Source of the DNA: Octopus vulgaris
Lineage: Eukaryota
Reading direction: 5' to 3'
Assembly (NCBI GenBank): GCA_951406725.2
Contig: OX597823.1
Span: 111,228,001 to 111,292,000, forward strand
Length of the DNA stretch: 64,000 nucleotides
This document shows positions 53,235 through 64,000 of this stretch, one piece after another (within the stretch, counting starts at the first letter, position 1; every line of letters starts with the position of its first letter). A program made the position numbers and the translations under genes. The notes under the pieces were generated by a model. The model saw only the letters and a list, made by a program, of their open reading frames with translations. It did no database searches and was not told the DNA's origin.

Positions 53235-53296
<62 letters not shown>

Positions 53297-53590
53297 AATT
53301 ATAGCAGCAATCAGGGAAAATCAATTAGAGCATCAATAAAAGTGCTTTGTGTTATATGTTCTGGTTCTTTATATTCTGAGTTCAAATCCTGCTGAAGTCA
53401 ATGTTGCATTTCTACCCTCCAGAGTTGATAAAATAGAGTTCCTGTTGAGATCTGAAGTTGTTGATATCAACTAACCTTGTTCGCCCACCGAATTGCTGGT
53501 TTTGAGTCTAAATTAGATGCTATTGTTATCACTATCATCATCATCATTATCATCATTCATTATTTTTAACAGGATTATAATATTATTGTT

Positions 53591-53756
53591 CACTCTCGGA
53601 GTGGTTGGCATTAGGAAGGGTATCCAGCTGTAGAAGCCATGCCAGATCTAGATTGAAGCCTGGTGCAGTCATCTGGTTCGCCAGCTCTTAGTCATTCGTC
53701 CAACCCATGCTAACGTGGAAAGCGGACGTTAAACGATGATGATGATGAGGATGATG
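53591..53756 (+). mobile_element. Repeat family E 3' end
   Basis: cactctcggagtggttggcattaggaaggg...gcggacgttaaac(gat)n. Confidence 0.85.
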
Positions 53757-54223
53757 TAATTACATTTATCTAGTCATTCTTGCTTGTGGTGATCTGTGCT
53801 ACTGCAGCTGCTGTTGGTGGTGTTGGTGATGGTTTAGTGGTGGTGGTGGTGGTGCTAAAAGTTGTTGTTGTGCTGGATTTGTTTGAATTAATTTTTCACA
53901 GTTTTTCCCCTAAAATTTACATTTTACTTCCAATACCTTATTAACTCGGATTTAAATTTGTTGGTATTTAATTATGTTGCAACCATTAATATTTCATTAT
54001 TAAATACAGCTTAGTGCTCCCTTAATTTGCATCATAGTAAACACATAATTTACATTAGGATATGATTAATTATCTGGTTAATTAAAGGAAGAAGTAGTTC
54101 ACTTAACTGTGGTATGATAGACAAGACAAATACAACGAGTATGAGTTCAAACAATCATAGAAAATGTTTCATATACACACATACGTACATACATACATAT
54201 ATACATACATACATACATACATA

Positions 54224-54288
<65 letters not shown>

Positions 54289-54494
54289 GTAAAATAATAT
54301 GTGACAATTATTTGGTAGCCAAAATAAAATTCTGAGTTTCGGATGCCGAGGTGGAAATCTTTGCTACCGAATTTTACAGATAAATTTCCTCTATTTACAT
54401 AATATTGAGGTCTCTTTCTTTCTTTTGTTATCTTACCGTTTTTACTAATATATATATATGTAAATATAATATGCGACAATTATTCGGTAGCCAT

Positions 54495-54555
54495 GATAAA
54501 ACTCTGAGTTACGGATGCTGAGGTGGAGATCCACGCCGCCATCTCTTCAGTTATC
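54495..54555 (-). ncRNA. Type I hammerhead ribozyme motif, mutated (GAAA to GTAA)
   Basis: GATAA-CTGAAGA-GATGgcggcgtggatctccacctcagCATCC-GTAA-CTCAGAG-TT-TTATC. Confidence 0.5.
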
Positions 54556-54633
54556 TGGCCATCAGAAAAATGCTTTCAAAAATGACCATTATACAAAGGG
54601 CGGTCATTTTTCATAGCATTTTTCTGATGGACA

Positions 54634-54694
54634 GATAACTGAAGAGATGGTGGCATGGATTTCCACCTCAGCATCCGAAACTCGGAGTTTTATC
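54634..54694 (+). ncRNA. Type I hammerhead ribozyme motif with intact core
   Basis: Stem I GATAA/TTATC; core CTGAAGA (54639-45); stem II GATG(GTGG)...(CCAC)..CATC(C); GAAA (54677-80); stem III ACT-CGG-AGT; predicted cleavage after GUU at 54689. Confidence 0.7.
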
Positions 54695-54796
54695 ATGGCA
54701 ACCGAATAATTGTCACATATTACATTTACAGATAAATTCCTCTATTTACATAATATCAAGGTCTCTTTCATTCTTTTGTTGTCTTACCATTTTTAT

Positions 54797-54829
<33 letters not shown>

Positions 54830-54842
54830 TATATATATGTAT

Positions 54843-55229
54843 GTGGCTGTGTGGTAAGTAGCTTGCTAACCAACCACATGGTTCTGGGTTCAGTCCCAAT
54901 GCGTGGCATCTTGGGCAAGTGTCTTCTGCTATAGCCCCAGGCCGACCAATGCCTTGTGAGTAGATTTGGTAGACGGAAACTGAAAGAAGCCTGTCGTATA
55001 TATGTATATATGTATGTGTGTGTGTTTGTGTGTCTGTGTTTGTCCCCCTAGCATTGCTTGACAACCGATGCTGGTGTGTTTACGTCCCCGTCACTTAGCG
55101 GTTCGGCAAAAGAGACCGATAGAATAATTTCTGGGCTTACAAAGAATAAGTCCCTGGGTTGATTTGCTCGACTAAAGGAGGTGCTCCAGCATGGCCACAG
55201 TCAAATGACTGAAACAAGTAAAAGAGTAA
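54843..55229 (+). mobile_element. SINE family A
   Basis: Family A body and tail. Confidence 0.92.
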
Positions 55230-55232
55230 ATA

Positions 55233-55280
<48 letters not shown>

Positions 55281-55313
55281 ATATGTACGTATATACATAC
55301 ATACATACATATA

Positions 55314-55525
55314 TAGGGTGGCCCAAAAGTAGGTTTACAGTTATTTCTCTATCTCTTTTGCATTCATATATCAACAGTTTAGATTCTAATTATAAAAACA
55401 ATATGAAACCATTTTTCTGTGCTAATTTAGTTAATTGTAAGATAAAAATTTAAACGTAATAAAATGTTTTAAAGGAAAATTAAAGTGCTTATGTGATAAC
55501 TGTAAACCTAGTTTTGGCCACCCTG
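55314..55525. mobile_element. Tc1/mariner-type MITE
   Basis: About 30 bp TIRs agggtggcccaaaagtaggtttacagttat / ataactgtaaacctagttttggccaccctg, TA flanks. Confidence 0.85.
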
Positions 55526-55533
55526 TATGTAGG

Positions 55534-55579
<46 letters not shown>

Positions 55580-55585
<6 letters not shown>

Positions 55586-55992
55586 GTAAGTAGCTTGTTT
55601 ACCAACCACATGGTTCCGGGTTCAGTCCCACTGCATGGCACCTTGGGCAAGTGTCTTCTACTATAGTCTCGGGCCGACCAATGCCTTGTGAGTGGATTTG
55701 GTAGACGGAAACTGAAAGAAATCCGTCGTATATATGTATATATATATATATATATATATGTGTGCGTGTGTGTGTTTGTGTGTCTGTGTTTGTTCCCCAC
55801 AACATCGCTTGATAACCGATGCTGGTGTGTTTATGTCCCCGTTACTTAGCGGTTCGGCAAAAGAGACCGATAGAATAAGTACTAGGCTTACAAATGAATA
55901 AGTCCCGGGGTCGAGTTGCTCGATTAAAGGCGGTGCTCCAGCATGGCCGCAGTCAAATAATTGAAACATGTAAAAAGAGTAAAAAGAGAGAG
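55580..55992 (+). mobile_element. SINE family A
   Basis: Family A body and tail. Confidence 0.92.
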
Positions 55993-56040
55993 TATATTAT
56001 GTGTGTGTGTGTGCTTGTGTGTGTATATATATGCATGTAT

Positions 56041-56300
56041 CATCATCATCATCATCATTTAACGTCTGCTTTCCATGCTAGCATGGGTTGGACGATTTGA
56101 CTGAGGACTGGTGAACCAGATGGTTGCACCAGGCTCCAATCTGATCTGTCAGAGTTTCTACAGCTGGATGCCCTTCCTAATGCCAACAATTCCGAGAGTG
56201 TACTGGGTGCTTTTTACGTGCCACCAACATGAGGGCCAGTCAGGTGGTACTGGCAACAGCCACACTCAAATGGTGCTTTTTATGTGCCACCCATACTGGA
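56041..56300 (-). mobile_element. Repeat family E
   Basis: Near-identical to 5628-5890. Confidence 0.85.
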
Positions 56301-56443
56301 GCCAGAATTTCAATTTTGATTTGTATGTATATATATATATATGTATATATATATGCATATACATGTATGTATATATAAGTGTGTGTGTGTGTATGTATCT
56401 GTGTGTGTGTATACATACATATATATATATGCATGTATATATA

Positions 56444-56483
<40 letters not shown>

Positions 56484-57419
56484 ATTGAAAGTCTATGAAA
56501 ATTACTTAATACAGTTTTGAAATGTAAAAGTGATTAAAATAGAATTTTTTAAAAAAATTGTTATGATATCTTTTATCAGGATGTTGCTATCCTTTTTGTG
56601 AAAGAATTTTTTTCTAGTGTGTGAACTCTTTCATTGAAATCAGGCTTTATGCATAGAAGAGAAATGAAACTGAGTGGCATTCATGCTTTCCTAGAGAATT
56701 AATATTTGTGTTGTTGTTCCTAACCTCAGTTTAACAATGATTAAAAAGATATATATTCAAAACTGCCATCTTTTTTATATGTTATTTAATTATTATACTT
56801 AATAGTTTTATTATACAATATATCTTTCCTTTTCGTGATAGGTAACTGTCATTTAAAGGAATCTGGCTGCTATTTCTAACAGACCAAGCATACCAAGGTT
56901 CATTTTTGAATCCCATGGATATAAGCATATGAATAGTCATGTAAAAAAACATTTTCATATGACACACAAGATTAACAAGCCAAAAAGGCAATACTTAGAT
57001 GGTTAATTCATATAATAAGATGGCCTCACAATAGTTGTGTAGCACTGACATTTGGCCAAGAATTTGTAGATGTCTGACTTGGTAGTAGACTGTTCAGGAG
57101 GTGAAACTCTCTGATTCACAAAGACACAGAGTAACTACTCTCAACAGCAAAGAGCAAAATATCAGATTCAAGCAGGTGGAGTGTTCCATTTGGGTGGAGG
57201 GAGCAAGAGTTTCGGGAGGACACATATTCTAAAACTGATCTACTAATCTCTCTGTCATCTCTAACCCACTGAGATTGCCATGTATCTCCTTTATTGGAAG
57301 GTGTCTATTTTTCTCCAACCTTTCATCCGGCACAATACTCTACCCTTTTATCTTGCACAATATCATCTTCCTCAATGCTACTCACTCCCTCCTCATTTGA
57401 GGGACTTTATCTGGCAAGT

Positions 57420-57600
57420 TATATGGTGACCTCACCCCTGTTAGTGCCATATAAAAAAGCATCCAGTGCACTCTGTGAAGTTATTGGTGCTAGGAAGGGC
57501 ATCCAGTTGTAGAAACCATGTCAAATCAGAGAGCTTAGCTTTGCACAGGCTTTTCACTTGCAATCTCATATCAAACCATCCAACCTATGCCAGCATAAAA
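57420..57600 (+). mobile_element. Repeat family E-related (diverged)
   Basis: ttggtgctaggaagggcatccagttgtagaaacc...catccaacctatgccagcat. Confidence 0.65.
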
Positions 57601-57609
57601 AACACAGAG

Positions 57610-57986
57610 CTCTTTTACTTGTTTTAGTCATGGGACTGTGGCCATGCTGGAGTACCACCTTTAGTTGAGCAAATCGACTCCAGGACTTATTCTTTGGAAG
57701 CCTAGTACTTATTCTATCAGTCTCTTTTGCCGAACTGCTAAGTTATGGGAACATAAGCACACCAGTATCGGTTGTCAATCAATGTTGGGGGGACAAACAC
57801 ACATACACATATATATGCATATATTCGACAGGCTTCTTTCAATTTCCGTCTACCAAATCCACTCACAAGGCTTTAGTTGGCCCGAGGCTATAGTAGAAGA
57901 CACTTGCCCAAGGTGTCACGCACTGGGAATGAACCTGGAACCATGTGGTTGGTAAGCAAGCTACTTACTACACAGCCACTCCTGCA
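57610..57986 (-). mobile_element. SINE family A
   Basis: Reverse complement of family A. Confidence 0.9.
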
Positions 57987-58989
57987 CTGTGTTAAATTAT
58001 TATGACAGTGTCAATGGCGATGATATCTGAGTATTGTATATTTTATTTATACCATTGAATAACATTTAGATTATCATCAAGTCTCATATTGTCAAATGCA
58101 ATCATTTTATGAATGAAGCATTTGAAAATTGGGAATTTTAAAGCGTGAAAACTAAAGTAATGAAGACTATCCACAAATTCATAAAGTATTCATCCCCAAT
58201 GCAGCATTGAGTACACTTTCATGCTGTTCATAACTATCATATGCAATTATATATATGTGTATATATGTGTGTGAGTGTGCAAATCTGTATGTACACATGT
58301 CCGTATGCAAGTATACATGTCTATGGGTTATTTTGATCAAATAAGTAATACAGAACACCACACTACTAACCATATAATAATATATAATTTCAGTCATCTT
58401 CATCGTCAATTCAATTTTAGCAATGGTCAATATAATATGAAATAGTAATATTGCTGTTGCCACTGGGACATCATAATAGAACACCACATCATTCACTCAT
58501 AACACATTTCAGGATTCCATGTGAATATCAGAAACCAATCATGCATAAATTAACCTAAAATTATTTAATTACATTGCATTTGGTCTAAATAAGTTGTTTT
58601 TTTTTTTTATCCAATACATAATTAATTAATTCTTTGTCTAACATTGTATAATTACATAATTATTTTAATTTTTATATGTCTTTTTACATAATTATATTAA
58701 TGTTATATTTCGCAATAACAATAATTCTTCCCTTTTTTTTTTACATGATTCGGGCCTTGGTGGGGGACTGACTTGTAGGGTTTTGTCAGTCAGATCAGCC
58801 TCAGAACTTATACGAGGTCTGATGCTCATTCTGTTGGCCCCTTTTCGTAGAAATGGTTTGTTACAGGATTGTAAAGAAACCAACACAAACTGACAAATAG
58901 GATGAAATAAATACAAACATATACACACACATGCACATCTACGTATACACACACATAGTCATACATGCACATGCACACATGTAGATAGA

Positions 58990-59418
58990 TACTCTCTTAC
59001 TCTTTTACTCTTTCACTTGTTTCAGTCATGTGACTGTGGCCATGCTGGAGCACCGCCTTTAGTCGAGCAAATCAACCCCTGGACTTATTCTTTGTAAGCC
59101 TAGTACTTATTCTATCAGTCTCTTTTGCTGAACCGCTAAGTTACGGGGACGTAAGCACACCAGCATCGGTTGTCAAGTGATGCTGGGGGGGACAAACACA
59201 GACACATAAACTCATACACACACATACGTATATATATTTATACACACATATATACAACAGACTTCTTTCAGTTTCCGTCTACCAAATCCACTCACAAGGC
59301 ATTGGTTGGCCCAAGGCTATAGTAGAAGACACTTGCCCAAGGTGCACCGCAGTGGGACTGAACCCAAAACTATGTGGTTCGCAAGGAAGCTACTTACCGC
59401 ACAGCCACTTCTGTGCCT
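58990..59418 (-). mobile_element. SINE family A, full length
   Basis: Reverse complement of family A. Confidence 0.92.
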
Positions 59419-59815
59419 GTATATAATGTATATAAATCTTTGTTGATTCACCAGAAGCAATAAATTACAGGACTCAATACAGATGCAAAATACTCTTTAA
59501 TGCATTATAACTGGAAGGTTCTGATTTGCAGTACACTCTGAATTACTTGTTTCTGATCATTAGCTGGTAAACAGATCCTGCTTTTCTTTTGAAATATTCA
59601 CTGTTTGAATATTTAAAAACAAATATATTTCGATAAAGTTTAAATGGTAGAAAGTGCATCCAGTCAAAGAAATCACGCCAAAGCATACAGTAGAAACTGG
59701 CACAATCTTCTGACTTGTCAGGTACTGTGAAATCTTCCAACCCATGCCAGCAAGGAAGACGGGTGTTAAATTAGGATGAGGATGATGTATGCATGCATAA
59801 ATATTTATGTATATG

Positions 59816-59850
<35 letters not shown>

Positions 59851-59896
59851 GTATATGTGTATATATATGTGTGTGTGTGTGTATATATATATCTAA

Positions 59897-59928
<32 letters not shown>

Positions 59929-60156
59929 TTAGGGAATATGATTCCAAATTTAGAAAAAATAATACTAAATCAAATTTCACAATATATAATACATGTATAT
60001 AAAACATGTATATGAAATGTATATAAATTAGAGAAGAACCACCATGTCGCAATTCAACAATGATATACTTAAATCATACCATATAGAAAAAATTTAAGAT
60101 ACGATAAAACATTTACCTAGAACTAAATAAAGTACGAAATAATAAATAAATAGTAT

Positions 60157-60196
<40 letters not shown>

Positions 60197-60199
<3 letters not shown>

Positions 60200-60391
60200 G
60201 CCCACTGAACTCTACACATTTTTTTTCATTCTCTCTCTGTTTATTTTCTCTTATTCCTTTCTGTTGAAGAGTGTAGGCTTGAAATGTAAAAGACTTCTTC
60301 ATTTTTCCCAAGCTTCAAGCTTATATGCTTGCTTGTTGTTTTGTTGTTCACACACCTGTCATAATCTTGTGTTTTTCTATATATTTCAACT
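60197..60391 (+). mobile_element. Family G repeat (hammerhead-like motif at 60255-60293)
   Basis: TCCTTT-CTGTTGA-A-GAGT GTAG GCTT-GAAA-TGTA-AAAGA; between (TA)n tracts. Confidence 0.7.
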
Positions 60392-60639
60392 ATTATATGT
60401 ATATATATATATGTATGTATATATATATGTGTGTGTGTGTATGTACATATCTATCTCTATCTCTCTTTCTCTCTCTCTCTCTCTCTATATATATATAGCC
60501 ATACATAAATCAAATTTACTTGCGAGGCAGTAGACAACCAACATCTATAATAAAAGACGCCTCCCTAAGGAGTTCCACAGAGAAACTACACCCAAAATCA
60601 CTTGGCAGCCAACCAAGCTTCCCGACCACATGGCCAAAA

Positions 60640-61080
60640 CAATATTTTATAAATACATAGACATCTGGAAAATCCTGGAAGGAACTGTACCAAGCTTTGG
60701 CATTGAATGATGCAGGAACACCAGAAGAGGGTGCCACTGCATGGTGTCAAAGACCCCAACATAGCTATCAAGATTAAGTGCCAGATACTGCAACAATTTG
60801 GATTTCAAGGCCTTCAATATTCTCCCTAAAAGCCTGAGAAACCTTCAGAAACCTACATGGAGTGGGTATAGGCATTCTTAAAGAAAAACAAAAGAGGACT
60901 TCCTCCTGTCAAGTGTTCCAGATGAACCTACCTCATAGCAGGAAATGCATGTAAGGGGAGCAATATTTAATTCTCTCATTCACCAAATGCCACATGTAAA
61001 AGAAGAGGGCTTCAAGTTATTAAAGTGTAGCAAAACTAACAGCAGAGCCTCAGCATGGCTGCAGTTCTCCAGAAAAGAGC
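60640..61080 (+). pseudogene. CR1-like LINE 3' end (ORF2 C-terminus + 3' UTR)
   Basis: IWKILEGTVPSFGIE*CRNTRRGCHC...FNILPKSLRNL...SSVPDEPTS...GAIFNSLIHQM resembles invertebrate CR1 ORF2 C-termini. Confidence 0.7.
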
Positions 61081-61122
61081 AAAATAATATATATATATAT
61101 ATATATGATAATAATAATTATA

Positions 61123-61390
61123 TGAGGGAATATTATTCCAAACTTACAGTGAAAAATTCAATTTAGAAATACTAAATCAAATTTCACAAAATAAAACATA
61201 TAGATATATATATAAATTATCAATTCAATAATGAAAAATTAAATTATACCATTTAGAAATATTACCTATTATAGAAAGATTAAATATAAGGTAAAATATA
61301 TAACAATGATTAAGTAGTATGCAAAATAATAAATAAAACGTATATATTTGGTAGAATAACGACACGTGTTTCGTGGCTATATTTAAGAAA
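61123..61390 (-). mobile_element. AT-rich repeat family H with a half hammerhead motif
   Basis: Homologous to 13035-13190 and 59930-60150; minus strand GCCAC-GAAA-C-ACGT-G-TC at 61361-61377. Confidence 0.55.
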
Positions 61391-62524
61391 TGATAATATA
61401 TATACATATATATATATAGATCAAAACAGTTTGTGTGTGTTGAAGAATTGTTATTTTGAATATGATAGCATAGCAATTAACCGATGCATAGAACTCCTTA
61501 TAAATCCTTGCACATTCAAATCCCAATCAAGTAGAAAACTGAATTTGTCTTCTAACTTTCTTTTGGTATTGTATACATTAAGAACTGCTATTATGTAACA
61601 GTTCTTATTTAGTACCATTAACCAACAGAGGATGGTAAAGAGCAACAGATTGGATTACTATTCTATTCTGAAGACTTGGCATTTCAAGGTGATTATGCAA
61701 TTGTCTACAAAATGATTACTCCTTAACATACAAGTACTCACAAATGAAATGTGTAAAGATTACGTAATTTTTGATATTATAATAAAAAGACAAAACTCAG
61801 TTTTCTGTCAAATATTTATATATATATATATCATCATCATCATCATCACACACACACACAAGCACACATATTTATTTATGTGTGTGTGTATACATACATC
61901 CATACACACATACATATATATATATATACATATATATATATGCATATATACATACATACATATATCTATATATATTATATGTCTGTATGTGTGTGTTTGT
62001 GTTAGCAAGTTTGATAGGTGAACCAAAATATCTTGTCACATTTAGTTCAGTTCATGTTTTGTCCCTTTATGCCTAGGTGAACATTGCTTTTCATCTGTTA
62101 TAAGGAGGCAAACTAAAATAACTCCCAAAGTACTGGCCTAGATATAATTGGTTGCAATTTGTCTCTGAAACCAGTGACATACCATAAAAAGATGTAAACA
62201 TATATTCACTGGTCATCCATGAGTTAAGAGACAATATAATTTAATTGCCAAACTTATCGGTGGTCAAGTAATTTGTTGTAGCTGTTTGTTGTAATTAATT
62301 GATGTCACCAGTCTATACTGCTAGTTGTTTTTCGAAGCGATAAGAAAGGCCTCTGCTGATGGAATTGCTAGAAATAACTGCTATATCTCAAATCATGTCT
62401 AATGATATTAAAAAGAGAAACGTCACATTGGATGGTGTAATTGTAAGTGCAATGTAGATACGAAAATGAAGGTATGGTTATAACTGGAATGCTTTTCATA
62501 ATATATCCTTTTCTACTCTAAGCA

Positions 62525-63072
62525 TAAGGCCCAAAGATTTTTAGAGAGGTGGCCAGTTGATTAGATCGACCCAGTACGCATCTAGTACTTAATTTATCGA
62601 CTCTGAAAGGATGAAAGACAAAGTCAACCTCAGCGGATTTTGAACTCAAAACATAAAGACAGACGAAATACCTATTTCTTTACTACCCAAAAGGGGTTAA
62701 ACACAGAGAGGACAAACAAGAACAGACAAAGGAATTAAGTCGATTATACCGACCCCAGTGCGTAACTGGTACTTATTTAATCGACCCCAAAAGGATGAAA
62801 GGCAAAGTCGACCTCGGCGGAATTTGAACTCAGAACATAGCAGCAGACAAAATACCTATTTCTTTACTACCCACAAGGGCTAAACACAGAGGGAACAAAC
62901 AAGGATAGACAAAGGGATTAAGTTGATTACATCAACCCTAGTGCATAACCGGTACTTAATTTATCGACCCCTAAAGGATGAAAGGCAAAGTTGACCTCAG
63001 CAGAATTTGAACTCAGACTGTAACAGCTACGCATTTCGCCCGGTGTGCTAACATTTCTGCCAGCTTGCCGCC
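62525..63072 (-). mobile_element. SINE family B head-to-tail trimer
   Basis: Three tandem units of about 185 bp joined at aaatacctatttctttactaccc; only the rightmost has the tRNA-like head. Confidence 0.87.
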
Positions 63073-63734
63073 TTTTGATAATATATCCACTCAAATAGGG
63101 AATATTTAGAATGAGATGCAAAGTTAATTGATGTACCTGATTGTTGTAGAGTGACAGAGGGGGTGACTCACATAACTGAGAGGTACTTAATGTTGAGTGA
63201 ATCTTCATTTCCTTTCATCTATCTGACCACTGGATAGCATGAATTAAATAATTATCATTTCAAGGTTCTTGAGTTATTACTGCTGAGTATGTACAGGCAC
63301 ACATTGAAGCCATTGAGTAATACACTTGGAGTAATACTGGAACAGCTATGAATAGTCATGGCCCCTGATCATGTGAGACATCCTATATGTTGTTTCTCGT
63401 TTTGCCTGACATTTAGTCCTAGATCTGAAATGCTATCAAGGATTTACTGGATTTTTCCAAGTGGTCAATGCTGTTTGTAAAGCATCAAAACTTTGTGTAT
63501 TAGGGACTGCAATATCCAATGAATTTTATATTCTTTTAGATATTAGGGACCAGTGTTACAAGATCGTTGTCATAAGAAGTGATGCAAAATGTCTCTAAAG
63601 GAGCAGATGATTACAGAAGAGAGACCAAAATAAAAGTATAAAAGTTTGGTATTAAATTAATTATGTGCATATGTATGCATGTGTGTGTTTTGTGTATGTG
63701 CGTGTGTGTGTAAAATATACATAGACACAAACAC

Positions 63735-64000
63735 ACTCTATAAAGTGGTTGACACTAGGAAGGGTATCCAGCTGTAGAAACCACGCAAAAACAGACGTTG
63801 AAGCTCAAAACAGTCTTTGGAGATATGCTGTGCTTGAGAAGACCCAGCGAGCCAAGTGAGACAGTAACCATGGCCTATGCAAGTGCAGCATAACCATCCC
63901 GTTTAAGAGTACCCTTCAATCATTGGGTAATACACTATGCTGGCAAAGACCTGTTGAGCCAAGTGAAGTTGTCATAGTGGCTGAAGACATTACCACCTGA
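63735..64000 (+). mobile_element. Repeat family E-related fragment (runs off window)
   Basis: cacactctataaagtggttgacactaggaagggtatccagctgtagaaacc. Confidence 0.6.

Larger units (their letters stand above)
54286..54800. mobile_element. Composite inverted/tandem terminal-repeat cluster (Penelope-like) flanked by (TA)n
   Basis: Palindrome 54459-54587 / 54602-54730, direct repeat 54375-54448 / 54726-54800, partial inverted copy 54286-54360. Confidence 0.8.

Noticed and set aside
58179-58496. 105 aa hydrophobic ORF as a membrane protein
   Set aside because: Hydrophobicity is explained by AT-rich codons and it crosses a microsatellite; no motif
62525-63072. CRISPR-like or satellite array
   Set aside because: Units are about 185 bp SINE multimers without unique spacers; context is eukaryotic with no cas genes
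63340-63520. Minus-strand DIAVP motif suggesting a restriction-like endonuclease of a non-LTR element
   Set aside because: Five-residue match without supporting flanking motifs

Overview
AT-rich, repeat-saturated eukaryotic DNA that is intergenic or intronic. I found no intact protein-coding gene; almost all listed ORFs are microsatellite or SINE translation artefacts. The repeat families (tRNA-headed SINEs with internal (TA)n(TG)n, CORE-like and Nin/Deu-like SINE domains, dense microsatellites) look like an Octopus or other coleoid cephalopod genome, which is my inference from recognition, not a search. The window holds about 40 copies of at least 5 SINE-like families and decayed fragments of mariner and DD37D/maT transposases and of RTE, CR1-like and Penelope-like retroelements. 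It also holds piggyBac-, Tc1- and Tigger-type MITEs, three non-autonomous Helitrons, several long foldback palindromes and one 100-N gap. The most notable signal is three different type I hammerhead-ribozyme-like motifs: canonical core CUGAAGA, a C3-G8 to G3-C8 swapped core GUGAACA, and an A6U core CUGU(C/U)GA. They sit in Penelope-like terminal repeats, two of them as inverted pairs and one downstream of a GIY-YIG-like ORF end. All coordinates were read by eye and repeat boundaries are approximate.
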